From assembly GCA_963736115.1 (NCBI GenBank), contig CAVTNR010000017.1:32001-96000 (forward strand): a stretch of DNA of 64,000 bases. The letters run 5' to 3'. Origin of the DNA: an uncultured bacterium (lineage in GTDB: Bacteria; Zhuqueibacterota; QNDG01; DTFT01). A model generated the notes under the pieces. It was given only the letters and a program-made list of their open reading frames with translations. It did no database searches and was not told the origin of the DNA. Of this stretch, positions 50,651 through 59,949 are shown piece after piece (the stretch's first letter is position 1; every line of letters starts with the position of its first letter). A program made the translations under genes and the position numbers.

Positions 50651-52060
50651 CTATGAACTTATTTTATATCTCTCGATCTTCTTGTAAAGCCCCAGCCTAC
50701 TGAGACCGAGCTCGGCCGCGGCCCTGGAGACATTGTTCCCGCACCGGGTGAGGCTGGCGATGATCATTTTTTTCTCCAGAGCCTCCACGGATTCCTTCAG
50801 CGATCCCGGGTCGGCGGATTCCGCCGCGGATTGAAGGAATCGGGGCGAAAGATGCCGGGGTTCAATGACTTTTTCATCCCCGGCCATCGTGACTGCGCGT
50901 TCGATCTCGTTCTCGAGTTCGCGCACATTTCCCGGCCAGTCCGCCGCGCGGAGCAGGCGTTCCGCCTGAGCCGACACGGGTTTCAACGGCCGGCCGAGTT
51001 TTTCGGAGCATTTGCGCGCGAAATGGCCGATCAGATCGGGCATGTCCTCGCGCCGCTCGCGGAGCGGGGGCATGCGCACGGGGAAAACGTTGAGGCGGTA
51101 GAAGAGGTCCTCGCGGAAGCGGCCGGCCTTCCGTTCGGCGTCCAAATCCTTGTTCGTCGCGGCGATGACCCGCGTGTCCGTGCGAACCGTCTTCGTTCCG
51201 CCAACGGGCCGGACCTCGCCGTCCTGGAGCACGCGCAGAAGGCGCGTCTGGAGCGCGGGCGACGTCTCCGCGATTTCGTCGAGAAAGACGGTTCCCCCGT
51301 CCGCCATTTCAAAAAGACCTTTCTTGTCCCGTATCGCGCCCGTGAACGCGCCCCGCACGTGGCCGAACAGCTCGCTCTCCAGGAGGGTGTCGGGCAGAGC
51401 GCCGCAGTTCTGGGCGACGAACGGTTTGTCCTTCCTCGGGCCGTTGAAGTGAATGGCCCGGGCGAGCAGCTCTTTGCCCGTACCCGTTTCGCCGAGCAGG
51501 AGCACGGTGGTCGGGCCGTCAAGCACCTTGGACACGAGTTTGAAGACTTCGAGCATGCGCGGGCCGCGGCCGACCAGGTTCTCGAAACGGGCGGATTCCA
51601 CGGCGGTCCGGCGGAGATGCAGGTTCTCCTCCCGGAGGCGCTCGTTCGCCTCGGCCAGTTCCGCGGCCAGCCTGCGGTTCTCTCCCGCGAGACGGTAATG
51701 GTCAGCAGCGCGCCGCACCAGTAGGGCCAGATCGTCCGGCTCCCAGGGCTTGGCGACATAGGCGTAGATCTTTCCCCGGTTCACGGCGTCGACCGTGGCC
51801 TCGAGGTCCGCATAGGCGGTGATCAGGATACGGACCGCATCCGGCCTCGCTTCCAAGGATCTTTCCAGAAATTCAACTCCGGTCATGGCCGGCATCCGCT
51901 GGTCGCACAGAATCACGGCCGGGTCGCCGGTTTTCAGCCATTCCAGAGCCTCGGCGCCGCCGGCCGCGGACCGCACGTTCCATTCGGGTTTCAGCAGGCG
52001 CTCGATGGAACGGAGCACCTCGGGCTGATCGTCGACCACAAGAATCGTTTCCTTCCGCAT
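50651..52060 (-). CDS. Sigma54-dependent response regulator (NtrC/AtoC family)
   Basis: Receiver domain (VVDD, DQRMP), GETGTGKE, GAFTGA, WPGNVREL, Fis-type HTH. Confidence 0.95.
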   Translation of the reverse strand: MRKETILVVDDQPEVLRSIERLLKPEWNVRSAAGGAEALEWLKTGDPAVILCDQRMPAMTGVEFLERSLEARPDAVRILITAYADLEATVDAVNRGKIYAYVAKPWEPDDLALLVRRAADHYRLAGENRRLAAELAEANERLREENLHLRRTAVESARFENLVGRGPRMLEVFKLVSKVLDGPTTVLLLGETGTGKELLARAIHFNGPRKDKPFVAQNCGALPDTLLESELFGHVRGAFTGAIRDKKGLFEMADGGTVFLDEIAETSPALQTRLLRVLQDGEVRPVGGTKTVRTDTRVIAATNKDLDAERKAGRFREDLFYRLNVFPVRMPPLRERREDMPDLIGHFARKCSEKLGRPLKPVSAQAERLLRAADWPGNVRELENEIERAVTMAGDEKVIEPRHLSPRFLQSAAESADPGSLKESVEALEKKMIIASLTRCGNNVSRAAAELGLSRLGLYKKIERYKISS

Positions 52061-52099
52061 TCCAATCCCTTCGAATCTGATCGCTCGCGCATTCCCCGG

Positions 52100-52340
52100 T
52101 CCCGCGATGCGGGATCAAGCTGCAGATGCTGGCTATTGAAGACTTCGCGGGACCAAGCAACACGATTTTTTCTGATTGAAGGCCCGCCGCTTGCCTTCAC
52201 TGCTCTAAAAATATAATTAATTGGTCCCGCGCAGCGGGCGGCGGGGTAAGCGAGCGAATATAACATATTTTCTTCACTACAGATAGAAGATTCCCCGGCT
52301 TCGCCGGACCAAGCTATCTGATTTTTTCATTATTGAAGGC
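52100..52340. repeat. Cluster of four family C repeats in mixed orientation
   Basis: CTTCA..TTGRTCC(C)GC units, inverted at about 52100, 52146 and 52301 and direct at about 52189. Confidence 0.65.
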
Positions 52341-52376
52341 CCGCGGCTTGCCGCGGGGAGCTTCAAAAGATGCCGT

Positions 52377-55300
52377 TTATCGGCCGCTGCGGCCGTTTCG
52401 GCCGGCGCGGCGCACGGGCAAAGTCACGATGAACCGGCTGCCTTTTCCAGGGCCATCGCTTTCCGCCCGGATGCTTCCCCCGTGTGAACGCACGATGGCA
52501 TAGGAAATGCTGAGACCCAAGCCCGTCCCTTTTCCGATTTCACGGGTGGTGAAAAATGGATCAAAGACACGGCTCATGACATCCGCGGAGATGCCCCTGC
52601 CGTCGTCCCGGACCTCGATTTCCAGCCGGTTTTTCAAACGCCGCGTGGCGATCCAGATATTGCCGCCCGGGGAGACGGCCTGCACGGCATTGGCGATCAG
52701 ATTCAGAAACACCTGGTTCAGACTGCCGGGCTGGCATTCGATGCGGCCGTCCGGTCCGTACACACGATGCACGGCCACGCGGTCCGCGATCTCATGCCTG
52801 AGGATGAGCAGGGCGCCGTCGAGTCCCTCGTGCGCGTTCGCGACCGACCAGACCGCCCGGTCCACGTGCGAAAATCGCCTGAGCTGGTCCACGAGGTCCC
52901 GGACCATGCGACTGCCGGACTCGGTGTCCGCGATCAGGCTTTCGATTTCCGGCAGCAGGCCGCGGATCCGCTCCGCGTTCCGGCGCGGATCCGCGAGCAG
53001 GCGGCCGAGCCCATCGGACATGGATCTGAGCTGTCGCACGTTCGCGTATATGAAACCCACGGGATTGTTCAGTTCATGCGAGATTCCGGCCACCAGCTTT
53101 CCGAGAGATGCCATTTTTTCGGATTGAATGAGCCGGTCCTGCGCGTTCCGGACCTCCGCGACCAGTCGGCGCAGGCGGCCGTTTTTGTCCGCGAGCGACC
53201 GGTTGGTCCGCTCCAGGTCCGACATGATCTTTTCGCGGACCTTGGCCTCGGTCAGCCTGCGGACCATGGCGTTCGAGCGGCGTATCGCGGCGTTGTTTTC
53301 GAGCGCCGCGGCCATCTGATTCGCCACGGTCACGATCAGCGGCATGTCGTCGGCTGAAATCCCGGATCCCAGGGCCAGGCCTCCGAACAGCCGGCTTTCA
53401 CCGGCGACGGGCACCAGCCAGTCCGCGGACGCCGCTTCAAAGAGCGCAGCCAGGTCAGGCCGTCCGCGCCGCCGGAGAAACGCCTCCCTGCCGAGAGCCG
53501 CGATCCAGGCGGTACGGTTCCGGATCCGGTTCAGCGCCGCAGGGGAGACAGCTGTTCCGCGGCTGACGGTTTTTTGAATTGCGGCGCCGCGGCCGTCCAG
53601 CAGAAAGAAGGAGCAGGCTCCGGAACCGGAATGAGCCGCGAGTGTGTCGACCACGGTTTCATACAGCTTCGCGTCGTCGTGGATCCGGAACAGACTCCGG
53701 CTCAGCCGGACCAGGACGGAGCGGACCGTCCGCCGCATGCGGCGGAGTTTAGCCATGCGCTCCGAATGCAGGGCGGCCGCGCCCGAGAATGCCAGGGCCG
53801 CGCAGTCGGCCGCGAGCAGGGTCGATGTCGGGCCGATCCGGTTCCGGATCAGCGCGCCGGCCAGGGCGATCAGCGAGAATGCGGCGATGACGCCGTACGT
53901 CTCGGCCGCGGCCCATTCCCATCGGCGCTTCCCCGCGGCCAGGATCGCGGCCGCGCAAACGAGAAACCCGAGCAGAAGGCCGGCCCGGATCCGGGATTCC
54001 GGGTGTCCCGCGGTCCGGGACAGCCAGCGGCCGGCGCGGATGAGGGAGCGTTCCGTTTTTGGAAATTCGTTCACCCCATAGGCGCGGCCGGGCCTGAGTC
54101 CGGCCCGACTCACGATCCGTCCGGTGGGGAATGTCACGCGTATGTCCACCGGACCGTCCGACGGGAGGCCGAAATGCACGGCCGGATCGGAACCGGACAG
54201 GTACCCGCCCCCGACCGACACCTCCCGGACCGCCAGGAACAGGGAGTCTGAAAATGCCGGTATTTTGCCGGTGGAAGGATGACGGAACAGTTCGATGCGG
54301 GTACCGACCGCGTCGCGGTTTGAGCGAACGCCGTGGACCCGCACCGTCAGCCACCGGCCGTTGCTCACCGGATTGGTGAACAGCCAGGCGAAAGTGTCCT
54401 TGTTCGCGACGCAGAGATCCAGATCGCCGTCCCCGTCCCAGTCCGCGGTAGCCGCGCCCGTGCTGTATCCCCGTGATCCGCCGGACGGCAGGCTCTCCTC
54501 GGCCGCGGGACGGAAGGTGCCGTCCCCGTTGTTGAGATAACAGACATCCGGTCCGATGCATGTCACCAGCAGATCGATATGGCCGTCCTGGTCGAGGTCG
54601 GCGGCCGCGAGCCCGTAGGCGGGCCGTACGAGAGTCAGGCCGGAACGGGCTGTGACGTCCTCGAAGGTCCAGGCCGGATCTCCGGGACGGATGCGGTTTT
54701 TCAGCAGGCGGACGCCGCCGTCCCGATCCGAAAACAGCAGGTCCGGCTTTCCGTCATTGTCCATGTCCGTGAACAGGACGCCGTTTGTCCTCGAGGGCTT
54801 CCGGAACACGTCCGGGCCCGGATCCACGCGGCTGAAGCGGCCCCTGCCTTCGTTCCGGTAGAGGTCCGCGGGCCTGAACCAGTTCGCCACCGCGAGATCC
54901 ATGTCACCGTCGCGGTCCGCATCGCAGAAAGCCGCGCCCTGGCTTCCGCCGCCGGACGCCAGGCCGCATTCCGGCCCGGCTTCAGCGAAAGAACCGTTCC
55001 CCCGGTTCAGCATCAGCCGGTTCGACTGGTGCTCATCCGTGAAGAACAGATCGAGCCGGCCGTCTTTGTCCACGTCCGCGGCCGCGCATGCATTGGCGTC
55101 CATGTCCGGAGGGAGATGGAGGTCGGCGGTCCTGTCGCGGAAAACGCCGCGGCCGTCGTTCCGGTACAGGCGCGTCGTGCCGGTCCATCCCGTGACCACG
55201 AGGTCCGGCCGGCCCGTGTTGTCCAGATCCGCGGCCAGCACGCCGAGTTCCAGGTTGCGTATGCCGCGCGGCGACAGGTTTCCGCCGAGCCTGGACTGGA

Positions 55301-55562
55301 TGGTCGCGTCCGTGAAACCGGAATCCGGCCCCTGGTTCACGAGCAGGCGGTTCAAGGACCTGAAGCAGACGATGAAAAGATCGGGCCTCCGGTCACCCGT
55401 GAGGTCGCGGAACGTCACGCCGTAACCGTCCGTCACATCCGGAATGAGGGCATGCGGCCGGTCCGGCCGGAACAGGCCGGACACGCAGGAATCGGTTGAA
55501 GTCGCGGAAAAGCCGGAAGAAGACAGAAACAGAAGGGCGGCCAGGCATGCGGTTAAGCGCAT
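52377..55562 (-). CDS. Sensor histidine kinase with an extracytoplasmic FG-GAP/ASPIC-UnbV (CRTAC1-like) domain, 3 TM, GAF, HisKA/HATPase
   Basis: DxDxDG..DL repeats, SNRDAVGTRI..GGGYLS..VHFGL, EKMASLG..HELNNP, PFFTT..GTGLGL. Confidence 0.88.
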   Translation of the reverse strand: MRLTACLAALLFLSSSGFSATSTDSCVSGLFRPDRPHALIPDVTDGYGVTFRDLTGDRRPDLFIVCFRSLNRLLVNQGPDSGFTDATIQSRLGGNLSPRGIRNLELGVLAADLDNTGRPDLVVTGWTGTTRLYRNDGRGVFRDRTADLHLPPDMDANACAAADVDKDGRLDLFFTDEHQSNRLMLNRGNGSFAEAGPECGLASGGGSQGAAFCDADRDGDMDLAVANWFRPADLYRNEGRGRFSRVDPGPDVFRKPSRTNGVLFTDMDNDGKPDLLFSDRDGGVRLLKNRIRPGDPAWTFEDVTARSGLTLVRPAYGLAAADLDQDGHIDLLVTCIGPDVCYLNNGDGTFRPAAEESLPSGGSRGYSTGAATADWDGDGDLDLCVANKDTFAWLFTNPVSNGRWLTVRVHGVRSNRDAVGTRIELFRHPSTGKIPAFSDSLFLAVREVSVGGGYLSGSDPAVHFGLPSDGPVDIRVTFPTGRIVSRAGLRPGRAYGVNEFPKTERSLIRAGRWLSRTAGHPESRIRAGLLLGFLVCAAAILAAGKRRWEWAAAETYGVIAAFSLIALAGALIRNRIGPTSTLLAADCAALAFSGAAALHSERMAKLRRMRRTVRSVLVRLSRSLFRIHDDAKLYETVVDTLAAHSGSGACSFFLLDGRGAAIQKTVSRGTAVSPAALNRIRNRTAWIAALGREAFLRRRGRPDLAALFEAASADWLVPVAGESRLFGGLALGSGISADDMPLIVTVANQMAAALENNAAIRRSNAMVRRLTEAKVREKIMSDLERTNRSLADKNGRLRRLVAEVRNAQDRLIQSEKMASLGKLVAGISHELNNPVGFIYANVRQLRSMSDGLGRLLADPRRNAERIRGLLPEIESLIADTESGSRMVRDLVDQLRRFSHVDRAVWSVANAHEGLDGALLILRHEIADRVAVHRVYGPDGRIECQPGSLNQVFLNLIANAVQAVSPGGNIWIATRRLKNRLEIEVRDDGRGISADVMSRVFDPFFTTREIGKGTGLGLSISYAIVRSHGGSIRAESDGPGKGSRFIVTLPVRRAGRNGRSGR

Positions 55563-55686
55563 GCCGGCGCGGGTTTGGATGGATGCGCCGCGGCCGTTCC
55601 GTCCGGGAGCGCCGGACCGGGTCGGGGGGAGGAACCTTTTCAAGTCGCCGCTCTTTCGTGCGGAAAGACCGGGCAGGCCAGCCGGA

Positions 55687-55899
55687 TTATTTCTTTTTCC
55701 CGGAGGGGCAGGTGGAGATGCCGAAAGGCACGTACAGCGGGCAGAATCCGATTGCGGAGGTGACCGCGAACATCACCGCGATGACCATAAACACCCATGC
55801 CAGCCCGCCGGTCGCGACCTTGGCCGCAATCAGGATCACGAGCAGTGCGGCGCCGAACAGTCGCAGAATTTTGTCCGTGGGGCCCATGTTCTTTTTCAT
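55687..55899 (-). CDS. DUF2892 (YgaP-like) membrane protein
   Basis: KNMG..DKILR..GFCPLY..GISTC. Confidence 0.88.
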   Translation of the reverse strand: MKKNMGPTDKILRLFGAALLVILIAAKVATGGLAWVFMVIAVMFAVTSAIGFCPLYVPFGISTCPSGKKK

Positions 55900-56063
55900 G
55901 ACGCGTCTCCTTTTCAACAGGGGATGGGTCGAAGGGGTCCAGTCGAAGCGGGATCCGTCACTCTCAATATCCGGATGGATTTCCGTAAAATCAAGGGGAT
56001 TTTGCCGCTTGACCCGGTCCGCGGCCTTTCGTACCTTGTGACTGAACCTATTGAGGAGACCGT

Positions 56064-56954
56064 ATGAAACTGCTTCTGATTGTCAATCCGCATGCCGGTC
56101 ACGGCAGGGCGGGAAAGTGGATCGAGCCGGTGCGGAAGCGTTTCGCTGACCGAGGGATCGAAACCGATCTGAGGGTCACCGGGCATCCGGGTCACGCAGT
56201 GGAAATCGTCCGCGAAGCTGATTTCACCCGGTTTGACGGACTGGCCGCGGCGGGCGGGGACGGAACCCTGTTCGAGACCGTGAACGGCTTCTTCCGGAAC
56301 GGCTCGGGCCGGCGCATTCCGCTGGGCGTCATTCCCGTGGGCACGGGAAATGCTTTCGCCAGGGACCTGGAGTTGAAGACCATGGGCTGGGAAAAAGCCG
56401 TGGACGTGATCGCGGCCGGAAAGACAAAGCCCCTTGACGCCGGCCTGTACCGGTGCGGTGAGAGCGAGACCCGGTGGCTCAACATCATCGGGCTGGGATT
56501 CGTCGCGGATGTGGTGCAGACGGCTTCCCGCCTGAAATGGCTCGGCAACCTGTCGTATACGCTGGGCGTGTTCCACCGCATGGCGGCGCTGAAGACGTTC
56601 CGGATGACGCTGACCGCGGACGGCAGGACGCTGGAGCGGGAGAGCCTGTTCGTGGAAGTGTCGAACACCCGGTACACTTCGAATTTCTTCATGGCGCCGG
56701 CCGCGCGGCTCGATGACGGGCTTCTCGACGTCACGGTACTCGGCCCGATGACCCGCAGGCGGCTGATTTCGGTTTTTCCAAAAATCTTCACGGGCGAGCA
56801 CGTCCGCCTGCCCGAAGTGGAATCCTTCACGGCGACGCGGATCCGGATCGAGACGGACACGCCCAAGATCCTTACACCGGACGGGGAATTGACGGGATCC
56901 ACTCCGGTCACGATCGAATGCCTCCCCGGAGCCGTCGAGGTGTTCGTCCCGTGA
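56064..56954 (+). CDS. Diacylglycerol-kinase-family lipid kinase (YegS/BmrU-like)
   Basis: IVNPHAG, GGDGT, PVGTGNAFA, DDGLLDV, DGE. Confidence 0.92.
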   Translation: MKLLLIVNPHAGHGRAGKWIEPVRKRFADRGIETDLRVTGHPGHAVEIVREADFTRFDGLAAAGGDGTLFETVNGFFRNGSGRRIPLGVIPVGTGNAFARDLELKTMGWEKAVDVIAAGKTKPLDAGLYRCGESETRWLNIIGLGFVADVVQTASRLKWLGNLSYTLGVFHRMAALKTFRMTLTADGRTLERESLFVEVSNTRYTSNFFMAPAARLDDGLLDVTVLGPMTRRRLISVFPKIFTGEHVRLPEVESFTATRIRIETDTPKILTPDGELTGSTPVTIECLPGAVEVFVP

Positions 56955-57679
56955 AAACGTTTTCGTCTATCGCGGCATTCCTGGTCTCGGTCTATGTCTG
57001 GATCGCGGGCCTCATCCTGGTCGGGATCATTCTGTCCATCGCCCTGATGATCAGCCTGGTCGCTCCGCCCGAGGCGACGGACCGTTTTCTGAAAAAGGCC
57101 TGCCGGTTTCTCCTGGCCGCGTTGTTCATACGGGTCGACGCGGAGGGACTGGAACATGTCGTTCCGGGCCGGACCACTGTTTTCATGGCGAACCATGTCA
57201 GCGCTTTCGACGTGCCCCTGTTCGAGGGATACATCCCCGTTTCCTTCCGCAGCGTGGAGGCGGCGGAGCATTTCTCCTGGCCGTTGTACGGATGGGTGAT
57301 ACGCCGGTTGGGCAACATTCCCATCCGCAGGGGGAATTTAAGGGCTTCGGCGCGGAGCATGGACGAAGCCGGAAGCCTGCTGGCGGGCGGCCGGTCGCTG
57401 GTCATCCTCCCGGAGGGAGGCCGCACGAAGGACGGCCGCATGCTTCCTTTCAAGCGCATGCCGTTCGTGATGGCCAAACAGACGGGCGCGGACATCGTGC
57501 CCATCGGATTGTCCGGCCTGTACAGCCTGAAGCCGAAGCATTCCCGGATCATCCGCCCGACGCGGGTCAAGATACGGTTCGGACCTCCTTTGAAGGCGGA
57601 AAAGATACGAAACCTGTCCGCTGAGGAATTGAGGGACGCGGTGCGGGTGGAGATCGAAAAGCTGGTGGAGCGGCCGTGA
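56951..57679 (+). CDS. 1-acyl-sn-glycerol-3-phosphate acyltransferase (PlsC family)
   Basis: NHVSAFD and PEGGR motifs; GTGA start/stop overlap. Confidence 0.9.
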   Translation: MKTFSSIAAFLVSVYVWIAGLILVGIILSIALMISLVAPPEATDRFLKKACRFLLAALFIRVDAEGLEHVVPGRTTVFMANHVSAFDVPLFEGYIPVSFRSVEAAEHFSWPLYGWVIRRLGNIPIRRGNLRASARSMDEAGSLLAGGRSLVILPEGGRTKDGRMLPFKRMPFVMAKQTGADIVPIGLSGLYSLKPKHSRIIRPTRVKIRFGPPLKAEKIRNLSAEELRDAVRVEIEKLVERP

Positions 57680-57793
57680 TAGGAGAAAGAACGGGTTGGG
57701 TAGCCGCGGCCTTTCCCGCTGCGCGGGACCAATCTATTACATCTCTGGCAATTGAAGGAAGGCTGCGTTATTTTTTAGAGAACGCGGGCTAAA

Positions 57794-57881
57794 GAGACTG
57801 TGTGAAAATGCCAATATGGCAGCGGATTCCCCAGCTAAGTTGAGAATTTAACCGGCATATTTCCTATTATCACACAGTCTC
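57794..57881. mobile_element. 88-bp MITE with a TAAA target-site duplication
   Basis: TIRs GAGACTGTGTGA / TCACACAGTCTC; TAAA on both flanks. Confidence 0.8.
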
Positions 57882-57950
57882 TAAAACCCGCGGCTACCAA
57901 ATCCGATTTTATCCGGCGTGGCTTCAGGCAGCGGTTACCGATTTATTTCC

Positions 57951-58385
57951 TCACAACCCCTCTTCCGACATCCAGCTCCCGTGCAGGTTGCAGCTTTCCA
58001 CGATCCGGACCGACGATCCCTGAGCCTTCAGATGAAAGCAGGTGACCGGATTCACGTAGGGGGTCAGGAACACCCGGGTGACGAACAGCTTGTCGACGTA
58101 GCAGTCGATCCAGTTGATCCGGTGTGCGGGCTCCATGGGATGGAGAATTTTTCCGATGCGGACCGTGACGTCGACGCATGGATTTTCGGGGACCAATCCG
58201 CATTTCCGGGTCACGGAGATTACGGGGCTGTGCTTGTCCGCGCCCTCCGCATGTTTCGAGGCGTTATCGGAGAAATGCTTGTCGTTTTGGGTGAATTTCT
58301 CCTGAGGGGCGAAGCAGACCGGACATTTGTCCGGGGCGCTCCCGAACTCGACGTGACCGCAGACCGCGCAGATGAACAGGCTCAT
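57951..58385 (-). CDS. Superoxide reductase/desulfoferrodoxin with an N-terminal rubredoxin-like domain
   Basis: CAVCG..CPVC; KH.P, HPM..H.I.WI, CNLHG.W. Confidence 0.88.
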   Translation of the reverse strand: MSLFICAVCGHVEFGSAPDKCPVCFAPQEKFTQNDKHFSDNASKHAEGADKHSPVISVTRKCGLVPENPCVDVTVRIGKILHPMEPAHRINWIDCYVDKLFVTRVFLTPYVNPVTCFHLKAQGSSVRIVESCNLHGSWMSEEGL

Positions 58386-58709
58386 GGCATACCTCCCTTT
58401 CAAGGTTTTCAGATTATTTCAGAACTCCCGGTCCGCAGTCCGGTCCTGATGACCCGGCCGTGGGCAGGCAATTCCATTTCTGATTCCTCTATCCCCTTGT
58501 CATCCGTTTTTTGTGCCGGCTGCCTCCGTCCATTTTAAATGATTTCAATGAGTTGACTCAGTCTGGTTTTCCGTGGAAAGGTACATTTTCAACTGCCATT
58601 TTGCAATCAACTTGTAATTGATTATATATACTGCTGATACCCCATGACCACAAGGCTTTTCGGCCGGTTATTCCGCTGTTCACTTATATGAGCAAAAAAC
58701 GAACCATTC

Positions 58710-59789
58710 CTAATCTTCACGCGTCTCTGACATATGCTTCGCCCCGCATCTGTGGCATATCGCGAAAGGGGCCTCTCTCCGGAGAGCCCTGAAGCGTGCC
58801 GCTCTTTCGCCGTTCCAGAGATCCCTGAGGGTTGAATCCAGAACGTTCCCGATTTCATAATCCGGAAAATCCACACAGAAATTCGCTTCACCACCAGGCT
58901 GAATATCCAGCAGTCTTTCCGAATTCGCGCAAGCCGGGGGACCGACCGGGGTTTCGGCATCTTTAAACCAGGAGCGGTACTGATGTTCAGTCAGGGGCAT
59001 GTAAGGATAGTCGCGTATGCCGTCCAGGTTCGCACGGTACAGGCGAAGCTGTTCCAGAAACAAGCCGAAATCCACACCGGATGTTTCGTGCATGAAGCCC
59101 CGCCATGAGAACGCCGTGACTCCCAGTTTTTCCGCCATCTCCTTCTCGTAGGCGGCGCCCACGGCCGGAGGAACGAAATAATACGGAACCATCACCAGAG
59201 TGCCGATGCGCAGCCGGCGGGCCGTGTCAGGCATGGATCCCAGCCCGGCCACGGACCAGGGGCTCACGGTGAAGCAGATCGAACGGCTGATGCGGATTCC
59301 GGCTTTCCGCTCGAGTTCGGCAAGCCGGAGGAGTCCCTCCTCGATCCGGCTGAAACAACCCGGAACACCGCGGACGTTTTCATGCGTGTCCGGAGGCCCG
59401 TCCACGGATACCGTGATATGGATACGGCCGACGCGGACCAGGTCTTCGGCGAAATCCGCGAGCCGGGTGCCGTTTGTGTCAATCGATGTGAACAGGCCTT
59501 TCCCCCGGATATACTCCAATAGATCCATCAGGCCCGGAAGCAGAAACGGTTCGCCGCCCCGGATCAGGACAGAGCCCAGTCCGGCGGACGCGGCCTCATC
59601 CACCACGCGTTTCCAGTCGTTCAGGGTCATGACCCGGGGGGGCTTGATGCCGTCCCCGCTGTCCCGGTTTCGCGCATAGCCCCCCTCGCTCCACTGGCCG
59701 CACATGCGGCATCTCAAATTGCATGCATGGGTCACGGTCAGGGAAAGCATGGCGGGGAAAGGGGTGAGAGGGGTGCCGGACGGGGGCAT
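58710..59789 (-). CDS. Radical SAM/SPASM protein
   Basis: CNLRCRMC, GGEP, TNG, SVDG; C-terminal C..C..IGNV..CHRC. Confidence 0.88.
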   Translation of the reverse strand: MPPSGTPLTPFPAMLSLTVTHACNLRCRMCGQWSEGGYARNRDSGDGIKPPRVMTLNDWKRVVDEAASAGLGSVLIRGGEPFLLPGLMDLLEYIRGKGLFTSIDTNGTRLADFAEDLVRVGRIHITVSVDGPPDTHENVRGVPGCFSRIEEGLLRLAELERKAGIRISRSICFTVSPWSVAGLGSMPDTARRLRIGTLVMVPYYFVPPAVGAAYEKEMAEKLGVTAFSWRGFMHETSGVDFGLFLEQLRLYRANLDGIRDYPYMPLTEHQYRSWFKDAETPVGPPACANSERLLDIQPGGEANFCVDFPDYEIGNVLDSTLRDLWNGERAARFRALRREAPFAICHRCGAKHMSETRED

Positions 59790-59949
59790 CGTCATTCTCC
59801 AATCTGATGAGGGTTTCACCCAGAGAAGAAGAGGCGGCATACCTTCAACCGCAGCAAATCGGATCGCCGGGTCGGGTTTGAAACGGAAAACGGCGGCCCC
59901 GCAGGCCGCCGTTTCGACGCATCTATCGAATATGCGGAGCACTAACGGG

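Noticed and set aside
45701-52340. Family C repeats as a degenerate CRISPR array or attC sites
   Set aside because: Mixed orientation, irregular spacing, no cas or integrase gene, and no RYYYAAC/GTTRRRY ends.
58710-59789. RiPP cluster around the radical SAM/SPASM gene
   Set aside because: No convincing precursor peptide, PqqD/RRE domain, peptidase or exporter nearby.
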